DNA of 64,000 bases from Eledone cirrhosa (taxonomy: Eukaryota), in contig OZ024740.1 of the NCBI GenBank assembly GCA_964016885.1, forward strand, positions 365,056,001 through 365,120,000, read 5' to 3'. The notes under the pieces were generated by a model. The model ran no database searches. It saw only the letters and a list, made by a program, of their open reading frames with translations, and was not told the origin of the DNA. This document shows, one piece after another, positions 14,230 to 29,178 of the stretch (positions within the stretch are counted from its first letter, which is position 1; each line of letters opens with the position of its first letter). The translations under genes were made by a program, and so were the position numbers.

Positions 14230-14725
14230 AGCAGAGAAAGAAAGGAAGATATAAAGCAAGAAAGAAATACACAGAGAAAGAATGAAAGACAGATAAAGAG
14301 TTAAAGATATAGAGAATGAATGAAAGAGAGAGCGAAAGATTGAAAGAGTGAGAAACAGAGAGAAAGAGTGAGAGACAGAGAGACAGAATGAAAGAGAGAG
14401 AGAGAAAGAATAAAAGGGTGACAGAAAGAATGAAAGACAGAGAAAGAATGAAAGACAGAGAGAAAGAATGAAAGGGAGAGAGAGAAGAAAGATATAGAGA
14501 GAAGAAAGACATAGAGACAGAATGAAAGACAGAGAAAGAGTGAAAGGGAGAGAGAGAGAAAGAATAAAAGACAGAGAAAGAGTGAGAAATAGAGGGAAAG
14601 AATGAAAGACAACGAGAAAGAACGAAAAACACAGCCAAAGAATAAAAGACATAGAGAAAGGGTAACTGACTGAAAAATAAATAAAGAAAGAAAGACACAG
14701 AGAAAGAAATAAAGAAAAACAGAAG
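14230..14725. repeat. Purine-rich minisatellite (~gagaaagaatgaaagaca)
   Basis: Imperfect 18-24 bp tandem units. Confidence 0.85.
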
Positions 14726-15519
14726 TTTGAGGTTGAGAGTGGAATGAAGGTGAAATCTAAGAACAAAAACAAAATGGAATAACGAATTATAGGTGTGACA
14801 GAGTAAAGGTTTATTAAAGCTAACCCTTGTTTCCTCTTCCACTAGAATGTCCCATAATTACTCAAGTCCAAAGACTGGCAGTGGCCCATTACTTACAACC
14901 TTCTCCTCCACCTTCACTTTTCACAACAGTTCACAAACAGCCTTTTATAATTTCGGGTGTAAAGTTTGTCTTTTATCTTTCGTTGTTTACAAATTTAATT
15001 TCCTTATTCTTTTGAAATTGCTGCAAATTCTGAGCAAATCACACACCGATAATGTTGTCATTTATTCTTATCACACAATAAAAATTTTTATCGACTTCTT
15101 AAATTGCTGCTACTACTGTTGCTGTTGTTATTATTGATGGAATATTATTATTATTACTTGTGGACCAATGACATCAATAATGATGGCAATAGTGTTGAAT
15201 GTATTTAATTTTTGGAGTCCATGATTGGTGAGTCATATATACCCAGATTACTGGATATATGAATAATCATACAAACAGGGAAATTTGTGTTTTGATAAAT
15301 TAATGGTTTGCACAAAAGAACCCCTATAGTTTATGTTGATTACTGACATGTGGAAGTAATTGAAGAAAGAATAATATTTTAATCATTTATTTTCAGCATA
15401 TAATTGCATAATGTTCAGCATATATGTACAAATGAAATACAAGATTATATGTGTAACTTTGGAGAAAAAACAGTTTATAACGACAAAACAAATGTAAGCT
15501 TAGAATCCTTCTTCTTCTT

Positions 15520-16485
15520 CCAAATGATTCAGCTGGAATTCCAGGTGAGAATAACTGAGTTTATGGTTATTATCCAAACATCTTGCTTGTGGACTACCTC
15601 TGAGTTACTTGCTAGTTGGCTTTGCCTGTATAATCTGTCCAGTGTTTCTTTCCTAAGATATTCTAACCACGTCACACTGGAACTGTGATCTCTTGATCTT
15701 GAGAAGTAGCAGCTCTACCTAGAGCAACTCCCTGATTTCTGAGCTATGGACTCTATCAAGTAACATTATTCTAAAGACCTTTCAGATGATCCCCATTTCA
15801 GCTAGTTGTATTTGTAGTTATATTTGCTTGGTCATTAACTAAGAGTCATGACTATGTGTAAGGGTTGGCATGAATAATGAATTGAAGATAGTAAGTTTGG
15901 CTTTTACATATGCCTCCTTTTTCTAATGACTGACTGCTCTGCAGCAAATCTTGCATTTAATTTAGCCTCTTGCTTTCTATTCCTCATGAAAATGGCCCCG
16001 AGATACTCAAACTTCTCTACTTGCTTCAGTGAAACTCTACTCACGGGCTTTCTTGAAAGGATGAGTGTCTTAGTCTTGGCTACACTGATTTTCATTCATG
16101 ACATGCAGCATTTGGCAGCAAACCTATCCAGTGCAAGTCAAAGATAACATTCTGACACGTTAAATAGCCCCATGTCATTTGCAAATGTCAGCTAACTGAT
16201 ATCTGATGGTCTTGATACCACTTACATTTCAGCTGTCAATCTTGTTCATGAAGATTATGAACAAGAGAGGACAATGCACATTCTTGGTAGAGTCCAACAT
16301 CCACATTAGATAGTTTCAACTTAGCATTATTTATCTAAACACAAATACTAGGACATTCATACAGAGACTTCAAATCACAAGAAGCTGTCCCTCCATCCCA
16401 TACTCCTGCAGAACTTTCCACAACAAATCCTTTGGCACATGGCTGTATGCCTTTTTGAGATCCACAAAACAAGCATACACTTCTT
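15520..16485 (-). mobile_element. Decayed RTE-group RT and 3' fragment
   Basis: YACFVDLKKAY, LLWKVLQEYG, LLFIIFM, KISVAKTK, QVEKFEYLG. Confidence 0.75.
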
Positions 16486-16967
16486 GGCAATACACGAACA
16501 ACTGGAGCTCCTGTAGTCGGCAGGCTTTGTTCTATTTATCCACTGTGGTTTGGTCTGGTGACAGAGGCATTTTACCTGAGTAGTAAATTTGCATGATCTT
16601 TCTCAAACAAGGAAGGTCAAGCTGGCCGAACTGTTGGTGGTTATATTCAAGGTGTGAACAAAGATTTCCACAGCCTCAAATAAAAGCTCTCAACTACCAT
16701 TTATAAACAAAACATAACTAACACATTATCAATCGGATGCGCGAAGCTAGGAGAATAATAATATTGGGTATAAATTGGAGTTGTAGCCACAATATAGCAG
16801 GTACTAATCAAATTGTTTGAGGCAGTCATGAAGCACTCAATGGAGCAAGAAGTTAATACATTATCGTCCAGAGTAAACACAAAGTTAAGAAAGTGTGATA
16901 CCAAGAAAGTGACCAAATCAGTGGCCATACTTATACTACAACGACAAATGCATATATATATACACAC

Positions 16968-17298
16968 ACAAATTTAAATGATATATAAATATTCATTTTC
17001 ATATATCAAGTTGAGACACTACTAGTATTATGTACATATATATAGAAACAAATAATAAATATACTCACTTAAAGACAGAATCAAGCTAACAATGTCAATA
17101 ATTAGTGATCGATACTGATCATTAAAATCGATTGTGTGCGTCTTTTTCTGAGATTTTATAAAACAGATCCGTATGGGTTGGCTTTAGGCAATTTTGGCTT
17201 GATTCTGTCTTTAAGTGAGTATATTTATTATTTGTTTCTATATATATGTACATAATACTAGTTTCTCAACTTGGATTTTTATGTATCATTTGAATTTG
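16968..17298. repeat. Fold-back insert; partial second copy at 17888-18290
   Basis: Core arms 17007-17086 / 17197-17273. The second copy is interrupted by a SINE. Confidence 0.8.
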
Positions 17299-17618
17299 TA
17301 TAATTGATGCTCTGAGTTAATATTCATGGAGCTTTTTTGTTGAGAAACATAATCGATATATATTTTATATGTATAGATTAAACCAAATTATAGTATATAA
17401 CTGCTCTAAATTTCTTTTAATTTGTAGAGATGCCATAATGGGACTTGTCCAGAGCAATCCTTAACACTCATTATGACCTGTCCTATAATATCTGTCCTTC
17501 TGTTAAACATTATCTTAACACCATGTGGAGATTCACATATCTTCCTTGGCCAGGTAACTGGTAACTTGTGCAATGTGAGGTATACATAGAAAAGACCAAA
17601 AAATTTCCTGAAGATTAA

Positions 17619-17839
17619 CCCTTTAGCATTTAAACCGGCTGAATCTGGTCAGAATTCTGTCACCTCTGTCTGTTCAAACCGGCCATAACCGGCCACTAAT
17701 ACTCATGTTCAGGTATTATTCTCAAAATAAATAATATCAAAATCTCATCGATTCAATATTACATGAGATAATTATGTGAGGTAAAGCCTTTACCATGAAA
17801 ATATAATAGTATATACAGAGTAATGTAAATGCTAAAGGG
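17619..17839. mobile_element. piggyBac-type MITE
   Basis: TTAA|ccctttagcattt ... aaatgctaaaggg|TTAA: 13-bp TIR and TTAA TSD. Confidence 0.85.
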
Positions 17840-18030
17840 TTAAAATCCTTGGTCTTATGGTGCTTATTACCAAAGTGGATAATGACCAATACTGATAATT
17901 AAAATCGATTGTATGTGTCCTTTTCTGTGATTTTATGAAACAAATCCGTATAAGTTAGCTTTAGAAGATTTTGGCTTGCTTTTGTCTTTAAGTGAGTATA
18001 TTTATTATTTGTTTCTATATGTATATATAT

Positions 18031-18249
18031 AAAAAAAAATTTGTCAATTGACTTTCGTAAAATCGGACCGAGGAAACAATGTTTCCATTGGTCTTTCCAA
18101 TTGCTAATACTATCGCAACTCCAGGTAGAAGGAGCAACAGGAAATAAAGTGTCTTGCTCAATGACATAACGCATTGCCCAGTCCAGGAATTGACTGACAA
18201 CCTCACAATTGTGAATCCAGTTCTCTAACCAATCAGCCACACACCTTCT
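18031..18249 (-). mobile_element. tRNA-derived SINE with CORE-like segment
   Basis: A-box-like tggctgattgg; ttgagcaagacactttatttc; head similar to 41584. Confidence 0.7.
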
Positions 18250-18320
18250 ATATATATGTACATAATATTAGTTTCTCAACTTGATATACAAAAAATATTT
18301 TTTTATATATATCATTAAAG

Positions 18321-18364
<44 letters not shown>

Positions 18365-18581
18365 TTAGAGTATGTGTTAGTTTATCAGCAACACTTTATT
18401 ACTGTTGCATAATGGTTATCAAAGAAATATATATAACAGTGATTATGAATAAACAAAACGAAATATAACCTGTTGACTTGTACTTGATGATTATATATAG
18501 ATGTAGATACTTATAGGAGGGTCATGTTGTCAATAGAGTTAAGTTTCACTTCAGTTTTATGGTAAAGCTGTATCACTATCA

Positions 18582-19000
18582 GAGGTAGTTGCTGAGATGC
18601 TAAAAGCATCGGGAGATGTACGAGTCAAAGTAGTAACACGTACAGTCAATCAGATAATACATGATGGAGTCATACCAAGTGACTCGCACAGTAGTAAAAT
18701 CATAAATTGCTACAAGAGCAAAGGTGATGTTCTAGAAAGGAGCAACTATAGGGGAATAAGAATAATGGATCAAGTTATGAAAGGGACAGAAAGAGTTGTA
18801 GCGCAGCTAATTAGGGAAAGAGTAAAATGAGACAAGAGGCAGTTTGGTTTCATGCCTGGGAAAAGTATGACAGATACTCTCTTCTTAGTGAGGCAACTAC
18901 AGGAGAAGTTCCTAGCCAAGAATAAGTCACTATTCTTAGCTTTTGTTGATCTAGAAAGGCCTTTCACAGAGTACCTCGATCCATTATCTGGTGGTCCTCA
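18582..19000 (+). mobile_element. Internal RT fragment of RTE family B, followed by a decayed SINE to ~19250
   Basis: Aligns with 50590-51000 (NYRGI, QFGF, FVDLE). Confidence 0.85.
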
Positions 19001-19524
19001 TGGATCATAATGTTGTGGGTTCAATTCCTGGACCAGGTTATGTGTTGTATTTTTGCGAAAAACACTTCCTTTCATGTTGCTCCAGTATACCTAGCTGAAA
19101 AATGAGTACCAGCAGTAGCTGGTGGTTTAACCCTGCAATGAATTGGTGCCCTATCCTAGATGGAGTTTTGTACTCTGTTCTTTAATGCTTAGGAAACTGG
19201 GATAAGTGTCAGCCTAATGAGCCTCCAGGCTTGAAACAGACTTTCGATTTCATGTATATATATCTTATGAAAATATCATTTTTAATACTTGGTGGTTGTT
19301 TCTAATTAAACCATAAAATTTCCATGGGGTCAGCTGGTTAAAATAAAAACCATAACTTATGACCTAGACATTGAAGCAATTTCAAATAAGATTCAAAGCC
19401 AAAAGTCACATTAAGAAAAACGTTAGCTAAATTCATGTTTTCATGGATATATTTTTGTTTATAATAAATTATGCAGCTTTGACTGTCTTGATTATTATTA
19501 TTACTATTATAATAATAGTAATAA

Positions 19525-19638
19525 TTGTTTCTACGTTAGGCACAAGGCCAGCAATTACCCAGTGCATTACTGGTACTTTATTTTATCGACCCCGTAAGGA
19601 TGAAAGGCAAAGTTAACCTTGGCGGGATTTGAACTCAG
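19525..19638 (-). mobile_element. 5'-truncated SINE, same family as 61986-62170
   Basis: Near-identical to 61986-62098. Confidence 0.85.
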
Positions 19639-22139
19639 TAATAATAGTAATAATGATTTCTTTATTGGCCACATGGGCTGTTTTCTTGATATCAGCCCTT
19701 GTGGTCAATAAAGAAATCATTATTACTATTATTACTATTATTATTATTATTATTTATTATTTTTGTGTGCTAAAAATGGCTGTTCAGATCTCCTCATGAT
19801 ATATGGGATAAAATATAGAAACTATTCAATATGCATGTTAAACCTTTTGATGTAGTTGTAAAGTTCTGTTAGTCTGTCTGTTATTCACCTGCTAGTCTTC
19901 TTGATATATGACAACAAAAATAACAAATATTTGATGTATGTTAACTAAAGAGAAAACTTTTCTTATTGCATGGATTAATATATTATGTGACCATTCCATT
20001 TGCAGCTGTTAAGTGAATCAAAATATTTCAGCAAATATTTTGATTTGTCATGTCAAAAATATGTTAATTCTGAACAAATGCTTAAGATGAAGTATTAAGA
20101 TCAAGCTTGTACCATGTGAAAATGAGCACATCCTTAGATGTACCATGGGTAAAATATATATAAGCTATAGTATATTCTTGCCTCAGGACTAAGTGAGAAA
20201 ATGTCACTGAAATCCTAGCATATGGTGTTCACACATGGATACTGAGGTAGCTGCGACAAAATCACAATTTAACATACCCACAGCTAGACTTATGTATGTT
20301 TATTATATATAAACACATTGTATATGCTTTCATATATGCCCCTATTAATATAATGTCAATAAAAAATGATCATTTGATGTTTCCTTTTATATGTTTATTT
20401 CTTTCTCTCTGTATCCAATATTACAGGTGGAGATATTTGTTTGCATCCCACATAAACAGAGACTCTACTGCTTACTAGTTAGATATACAAAGACTCATAA
20501 CATACTTAAAGTAAGTGTTGGCATCAGGAAGAGCATGAGGATGTAGAATTCTGTCACAAAAGTCTCAGCTAATCTGAGGCTCAGCTCTTTTATTTTGTGG
20601 GTGTTGGACTGTCACTAAAGAAGGTTATGAGTGTGTATATGTTTCAATCTGTTGGCCATTTAAAAGAGTGGAATAATTCAAGTTGCTTATTTGAGTGAAT
20701 GAAGGAACAGGTAATTCAATTTCTATGTATTCATCTTTAACTTTTAACATTCAGTAGTGGTTTTTAAAAAAATCTCGAAAAAGGTTTGTTAATTTGAATG
20801 TTTATAATATCTTTACTGGTGGTCAGATCAGTGTAAAGTAATTTATAATGATATGTAGCTATAATAGTGTTTTGTAATTTTCAGGAATGTTTTGTTAATG
20901 TTGTTATATATGTTTGTTAATTCAAATGCTTATAGAATCTCTACTTGTGGAGAGATCGTTATAAAAACATAGTATTAGAGTAAAGACTTCAATTGTTAAT
21001 GGGATGCAGTTATAGTGCTGTTTTTTCTTTTAATTTTTAACAATGTTTTACTAATGTAGTTTCATGTGGTCCAGGGTGTTAAGAGTTAAAAAGCAAGTTA
21101 AGCGCTGATTATTTTGTTATTTCAATTACATTTACTTACTTTTCACTGGCTTAGTGTATCTGTAACATACTGAAGTGAATAGAACAATTTATGAAATAGA
21201 AGAACACAGACTATATTGAGTCGAAGAGTTTTTTTCTGTTAGTTCCACAATAAAAGGGTTACTTTTTGGAAGGGCTTTTAGCTATAGAAACTATGCCAAT
21301 AATGGAACGTATGTGCAAAACATAGTCAACTGATCTGTCTAGCTCCAAATATGAACTGACTCATAGGGTGATAACACGTCCAACCCATGCAAGTATAGAA
21401 AGCAAATGTAAAATGATGATGACGACGATGATAATGATGATGATAATGATGATAATGATGATGATGATAATGATTATGATAAATGTAGACAATTTAACTA
21501 CTACAGGCTTTCAACTTATCTACACAAGCACACACATATATATGTATGAATGTGTGTGTGTGTGTTTATGTATATAAATATACATAAACACACATCACTT
21601 ATTTACCAGTTGTATAATCTTTAACCTGAACCAGTAAAATACATTAATTTCTAAATCCAAGACATTAACTCATGCTTATCTGAAAGAAATGGCATGAATC
21701 ACCAACTTCAGTTTTGAAATAAACAGATTTTTTTTTCCAATAGCTTAAGGATTCATGAATATTTATCTAATGTCTAATGCAATCTCTACCATTGTTCTGT
21801 AGCACTGTCTTTAGGAAGTTTCTAACATTGTCGAAGAATTTCTTAATAAACTAAAGTTTGTGTGGTGATTGTTGTCATTGTAAAGCCATAGTTATCTGTG
21901 CTTCGACAGACACATAGTACAGGAGATATGTTAGGATTTAATCTAATCTAGGAGGTCACTTTGATCATTGGTTCAGGAGTTGTGTATTTCTATAAAGTGC
22001 ACTATAACTATTGAGGTTTGGAACATAGTGTAACAAAGGTTCTTACATAAGATTGTGATGGAAGATTTTTAGATAAATATAAACATTTTAACCACACTCT
22101 TCTTCTAAATTATCAACGGTGCATCTAAAAGAATGAAGT

Positions 22140-22345
22140 TAAATAATTCTTGTATGTATGGTGTCACACCATCCAGCAGGCTTCTAGCCCATTTGAAGCA
22201 GAACGTCACATCAGCCTAGAGGAGAAGAAAGCCTAACATAAAATGTGTGTCAAAGCAGAGCCCAGCACAATCTAGACTACATTAGACAGATCTGCCAATC
22301 TTAGATCTGTCATATCAGTCACCAGCTTGCCTGCACATGAAGTGA
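22140..22345 (+). mobile_element. Decayed RTE (BovB-like) 3' end
   Basis: Remnant LEEKK..ICQS..SHQLAC C-terminus. Confidence 0.35.
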
Positions 22346-25265
22346 ACAAAACTAACCCAACCTTCAATAACATCTTTGTTATTAAAATCATTGCCAGTAA
22401 CAACAACAACAATATGTATGTCTGTATGTATTGTTTTTTTTTCTGATCCCCTTCGGAAAACCATCTTTAAATTATTTATATATACATATTCTATCCACTG
22501 TTGTAACAACTCTGTCTATTCACTGTCTATCAGAAATTGGGTGTGTTCTGACCTGGAAAAGAATGATCACTATCAGGTTTAAATAATAAAGACATGCTAT
22601 ACATAATGATAGCACCTCAACAGGAGTTAAGAGCACATGGTTGGATGTAGTGGTTAATGGTAACAGTACAAATCAATAAAAGGTTGTTTTGTTCTCATGA
22701 AGTATATCCTACTTACTTGCAGGTCCCAAATAATAGGGTGGGGGAATAAGCAGGTGGGTTGGAATAAGTAGGAGTGTTGGTATAAGCATGGAAAAGAAGG
22801 GTTGGAAAATTGGTAATTTTTCTAGGTTGTCTCCCGATTTAAAAAAAAACAGAAACTGTCGTTTAGTTTACATATTGAGACCCCTAACCCATCCTATGTA
22901 TTTTATAACATATGGGATTTCTAGTAATGTACTTTTTTTGTCATGTGTAATGTCTTTTAATAGCTAAAGAAAATTGTCGCAGGAATGCTACCACTTAAAA
23001 TAAAATTTTGTTGGAGATAGATTAGCAAAATTTAATAAGTAGAGGTGGGGGAAAAGAGCGGGAATAAGAATGGTGGGGGGGGGGGATCTGAGAAATGAAT
23101 AAGGGAGGGAGGGGGTCGATTATTCGAAAACCAAGAATAGTTGACAGATTCCTGTGTTTGGATCATACTTAAAGGTTCTTACATAAAATTATGATTTTCA
23201 AATAATTTTGAAAATAAGGGATTTATTAACTTTCTTATTAAGCTGTTGTTTAGAGTATAATTTAACAACTGCTCTTTCATAAAATTATGATGGGTTTTTA
23301 GATAAATATACAACATATTTTAAGGTTATTTTTCCTGGTAAAGCATAGGTTAGTTACCTATTTAGAACAGGTGCACCATATATTTATATGTCATAAGAGG
23401 GAACTAAAAGATATGCCACCAGGAAGGCCACCCAGCCCCTCACGGTAAGTTTTTAAATAAATATAAATATCTTAAAATATACAGCTTATTATCATAGAGC
23501 CAGGATAATTTTCTAGTCCAGAGAAGCCAAACCAGAAAAAAAAGAACTGTTTATATGGTCAGATACAATAACAGTGAATGGACAGATAAGTAACAGATAA
23601 AATGTTCTATTTGTTTTTATAGTTTTTTACCTCTCTACAATCCAAGTTCAAATCTTGCCGAGGTCAACTTTGCTTTTCAATAAAGCAGCAGTCCGGGGCA
23701 GTAGACTAGAAGAATCATTGAAGTGTTGGACAGGAAGATTTGTGGCTTTTGTTCCAGCTCTTTGAGTGCTGAGATCACACCTTTCTATGGCCCCCACCTG
23801 GCTCTTTGGTGTCTTTAGCAGATTCCACTCTGTTGGAAGCATTGAAGCTAGGTCTCCAGCGTAAAAATACCTTCCCCACTTCCTTACACCAGTCTTGAAG
23901 ACCCTGAAAATATATAGGATGATAGGTGCTACCCTTCTCCCTAACTAAACAGCAACAAACAAAAAAAAACAACCAAAACACATGACTAAAATCTCTAAAT
24001 ATTAAAAAAAAACATACACTCTAAACTAGCAATACAAAATATGTAAAGCCATTGAAAATTAAAACCAAAAATTTTAAGAATATAAAAAAAAACATAATTG
24101 GTTAAAAAAAATTCTCTAGCAAGCTTCCTATCAAAATTTCGATAATGATACCAGGTTTTTAGAATTTTCAAATAAAAATGAAAATAAAAGATCATTTATT
24201 GGATAACTGACATGAAAAAATTTCAATTGATTTTTTGTATTTTGTAGTTATACATAATTTATAAGGCAGAGAGCTGAAATATATGTTTACTTCTATCCCA
24301 ACATAGAAACAAGGAAATAAAAACAAATAGAAAATAGAAGAAAAAATAAAAGACTAATTAGAATATAAAATAGAAGTTGAGAGTCCTATATTCTGCTGTC
24401 TGGTGAGCAACAAGAAAGCTAGATATAGATGAATGACTTGTATGAATTGTCCAGGTTATGTATAAAGGTGCTAAAAGTCAGTTTGTGATTGGTAGTAAGC
24501 TCAATGACAGATTTGGTTCTGTATACAGATAAAAATCTACCAGTGCTGTATTATTAACTTCCAATCCTTGAGACAATTATAAATGGAGGAGAATTTCTCA
24601 AAGCTGATGTTCCAATTTGCATTGCAGAATTAGTTAAAGATCAGCAAAAGAAATTAGAAGCTTAGAAATGTAGGTCTAAGCTATTAGATTCCAAGGTAAA
24701 CATAGCCAAGACTAATTTACTTGTATGGAGAAGAAGCCATTACAGTATCTAAAAAATGGCATGGCTACATACATATGTACTTATATACATATATGAATGT
24801 ACATAGATACATATAAACATATATATGTACATATGTATATACAGGAAAATGTACTTATGGACATACATATATACATATATATGAACATAAGAATATACGT
24901 ACACACATATGTATGTACATACAAAAATATGTATATACATACGCAGAATGTCCATACATATATACATATGTACATTAAAAAATGGTGGTCGTTGTAGCCA
25001 ATCCGATATTCAAATTACTGCTTATATGAAAGCAACATTAAATACAAAATATAATAAGGAAAAGTTGAGTTACAGAATGCAATAAGGTTACATATGAATA
25101 TTTCTACATAAGTGTTTAAACATCACATATTGTAACATGTATTATCCTTTTGGGGTTGATAAAATAAAGTAGCAGTAAGGCACTGGGGTCAATTTAATCA
25201 ACTTTCCTCTCCCTCTCACCTCCAAACATATTGGCCTTATACCTAAATCAGAAACCATTATATAT

Positions 25266-25495
25266 ATCATCATCATCACCGTTTTACGTCCGTTCTTCCA
25301 TGCTAGCATGGGTTAGACAGGTTGTCCTGTTGTGGGCAGTGTCTGGTCGGCTGACCATGCCTTGTTCATACAGGAACTGATTTTGGCTTGATTTCTACAG
25401 CTGGATGCCCTTCCTAACACCAACCTCATTTACAGTGAGTGCTGGGTGCTTTTTTCCGTGGCGCCTACACGTCCACTTTACAGTGGGAGGGTGTG
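25266..25495 (-). mobile_element. Bipartite RTE-derived SINE 3' part
   Basis: Reverse complement matches 41755-41920. Confidence 0.75.
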
Positions 25496-25587
25496 GGGGT
25501 ATATTGTCTATATGCTTCAGCTTGTACCCATGGGAGGTCGGGTACTCTGTATTACTGCGTGACGCCAGACGTCATGGTCGTATATAC

Positions 25588-25687
<100 letters not shown>

Positions 25688-26399
25688 TGAAGTTTGAAAG
25701 CTATGACAATGCAAAATAGACAAATAAAGAAATCAGACGGAACAAGATGTTATGTGTTTTACCTTAATTCATTTATATATCCCAATATTTCGAGATGAAA
25801 ATCTCTTCTTCTGAGGGAAATAAAAAGGACTAATTCCAGTGTTCAGCAGAATGCACTATACTATACCATGCTGTCGGAAACACCTTTATTCATCCATTTT
25901 GCATTGTTGTGGCTTTCAAACTTCAAATTATATATGCTATACACAATGCTTCAAGTAAACTACAAATTCTTCATCTTATATATATTTATATACATAAATT
26001 TTGACATTATATTCACAATGAAATAAACAAAATAATGTTTTAAAAACAAGTCTCCACATAACGTTAAGTATGTACATTAAAAATATAATTGTGAATTATA
26101 AACTACCTAACAAAAAATAAAATACCCCAGAAAATGTTTACTATATACACCTGTTTCCAAGATAGGTGTTATGGTGTTCCTTGGTGGGAAAACCACCTAA
26201 AATGAATAATTTGCAATGGTTTTGAAGGCCATACTCATTCAAAACAATAATTATCATAGAATTTTAAAAGTAAATTTTATATTTTTCCTAACTACCTTTA
26301 AAATTAATTTTTCTTTTTACTATTACACCTGTAGAGTAATTATTAAGAGTAAATGTGCAGATATGAAATGAAGTCTGGAGCCAGCTGGATTATCCAGAA

Positions 26400-26781
26400 T
26401 TGATGGGAAGAACTAGATGGTCTTACCATTTGCCTCTGGGTAAGAGGTAGATGTCTCATCTGGGACATCACAGTCAGTGATGCTTTTGCTCCCTCCCACA
26501 TTCTGGATGCTGTAGTAAATGTGAGGGTCACTGCTTCTGTAACCAAATGGAATAAAATCCTAAAATACCTGGAATTATCAAATAACTATTGTTTTCAGCC
26601 TGTGGCATTTGAGATGTTTGGTGGAGCTTGGTTGCTGACAGTGAAGTTCTTATTAGCACCTCATCTTAACGAGGTGTCAGGTGATGCCCGTGAGGGTGCC
26701 TGGTTGTTTCAGGAGCTTAGTCTTACCATCACCCACAGTAATACTGCAACCGAGTTGGCTTGCCTCAAAAAGTTCCGATGA
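26400..26781 (+). mobile_element. CRE-clade LINE 3' fragment (restriction-like endonuclease)
   Basis: DGLT..W..GRCLIWDITV.D, FQPVAFEMFG, SGDAREGAWLFQELSL. Confidence 0.75.
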
Positions 26782-27949
26782 CTCTTGTCGTGTGTCACTG
26801 ATTGATGCACTTAGTATTGAATTGATGTTTATTTTTTGTTGTTTTTTATCTCTCACTTTAATTATATATTTTTGTGTATTATATTTATAAGGTTCCTAGC
26901 AATAATTAATTAATTACCTGTATGTACATCTATTTAATCTTATATATTCATTATATGATTAAAATGGCTATGGAAATAATTATTATTAAATGAAACCCTT
27001 GAGTATTTAAGTCAAATAAAGCTGGCTTCACCCTCCTCTTCTCATTTTGTTAGTCTTTATGACAGTTGACAGCTGAGGACTGGTTGTAGTAATCACTGGC
27101 CATTAAGGTATTGCTGTAACTGGACCAGTAAATCTGCCATGTACAAGGCTATATCTTATCTCAACCAACATCTCCACATTTACACATTCACTCACAAATT
27201 CCAACATGTAACATCAAAATGTTTTTATTAGTGAATACTACTAGTATCAACTTGTTGATGAAACATGCACTTTTATGTATTCTGGCTGTGTAATACTTTA
27301 CACATGGTCTCATCTTATACCTTACACACCAGGAATAAAAGTATAAATATTACAATTTTCCTTGCTGGTCTCTCTCAATTTATCACAGTTCTGATTGGGC
27401 TTCAACCACACAAATCAACATGGGCAACACACTAATTACTAACTTCAGTACATGCAACTCAACGACCAACTAATAACCATTAAAATGGCATATCACAATG
27501 CTACCAACATTTCTGCTAAACACCTGTTTCTGAGACAGGTGTAATAACAAAAGTTTATTGAATACCCAAGCTGCGAACAACTTTACATTTAATTGTGACA
27601 AAATTTTGTCAAAACTGATAAAGAATATCATCATTTATTTAAAATATTACATAAAAATAATAGTGGATAGACAAAATCATCAAGTCTAAGCACATACCTT
27701 TATTTTGAACAAATGGTGATTACATAGATTTATCAGGGACAGAGGGAGTGAATGCTTTCGACCCCCTCGACAAATAGGGCCCCTCTTCAAACAGGTCTCT
27801 TTCTTCGAGCAAGGCCACCACTTCAAACAAAGCTCTTATTACCATTTAAGAACAGAGCTAGAGAGTGTGTTTTTAAAAATGTAATTGATGTTGCTTTTGT
27901 GGTGAAAGTAGGGGGAACTGCTGCAAATTGTGTATAAGTATTCATGTTT

Positions 27950-28025
27950 CTGCGGGGGTCGATAAAATAAAGTACCAGTAATACACTGGGATAATTGCTG
28001 GCCTTGTGCCAAAAGTAGAAACAAT
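27950..28025 (+). mobile_element. SINE 3' fragment (family of 61986-62170)
   Basis: ggggtcgataaaataaagtaccag...tgctggccttgtgcc. Confidence 0.75.
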
Positions 28026-29145
28026 GATAGTGCTTAATGTGTTTATATATATTTATGTATGTGTATGTGGTAATATTCTTGTGTGTATGTGTATATATGT
28101 ATACAATGACCATTCCTTTGCTACCCCTATTATTTAACCTCATGATCTTGTTTTGGACTGATGTATTTGAAGAAATTCAAATCTTTTCCTCTCTATTCAG
28201 TCTCTACTTTCTTCTTTTTTACTCTCTCTCTCTTTCTCTTTTCCTTCTTATATGTGTACATATATATATATATGTATGTATACATGCATATATATACACA
28301 CATACATACACACATATATACATATGTATGTGTGTGTGTGTGTGTGTGTTGTTATATGAAGGGCTCTCCTACTCTGAATTGTTCCCCCCACCCACCCAAT
28401 ATCTATATCTGGTCCTGGGTGATTATAATCATAGCATACACTGGAGCGACCACCTTAATAAAGATTTATATAAAGCATATATATAATTTGAGCCTAGAAA
28501 ATTTGGTTTTATGCAAAGGCTAAAAAATATGTGGAACTTCAAACACACACTGCTAGACCTTAACACAATATATCTAAATGAAGAGGTGAAATGTGTACGT
28601 ACATACATATTCTACATATGTAGATATGTATGTGTGTACTGTATGTATGTATGTATGTACACAAACACACATATGTATGTAGGTAGGTATGTATGTTTGT
28701 ATGTATGTAGCTATATTTGTATGTATGTATGTATGTAGGCAGGTATGTATGTATGTATGTATGTATGTACGTATGTATATATGTAGTTATGTAGTTATGT
28801 ATGTAAATATGTATGTATGTAGTTATGTATGTATGTATGTATGTATGTATGTATGTATGTATGTATGTATGTATGTAGGTAGGTAGTTATGTATGATCAA
28901 TTTTTATTCAGGACCAAAATAAATCAATAAAATCCAAAGATTCCAAAGAAGAAATCAATAGTTGTTTAGTTCTGTTCTTTGGCAGAAAATAGGTGCTGGT
29001 CAATAACATGGTGTGTTTGTGTGCACATGTGTGTGCACGTGTGTGTGTGAATGTGTGCGTGTTAATAACAAGGTAAACAGGCTCATCAGTTGAAATTCTG
29101 TCAACTATTTCACTCCCTCTGTCACTGTACCAATCTCTCTCTCTT

Positions 29146-29178
<33 letters not shown>

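Noticed and set aside
14122-14842. 216-aa and 208-aa hydrophobic ORFs
   Set aside because: Antisense of an AG-rich minisatellite that happens to lack stops.
24360-24720. Possible PHD-type LINE ORF1 remnant or host exon
   Set aside because: Scattered cysteines with stops; no supportable frame or splice pattern.
29060-29115. CTGATGA and GAAA on the minus strand as a type II hammerhead
   Set aside because: No valid UH triplet or stem II, and the related copy at ~30115 lacks the core.
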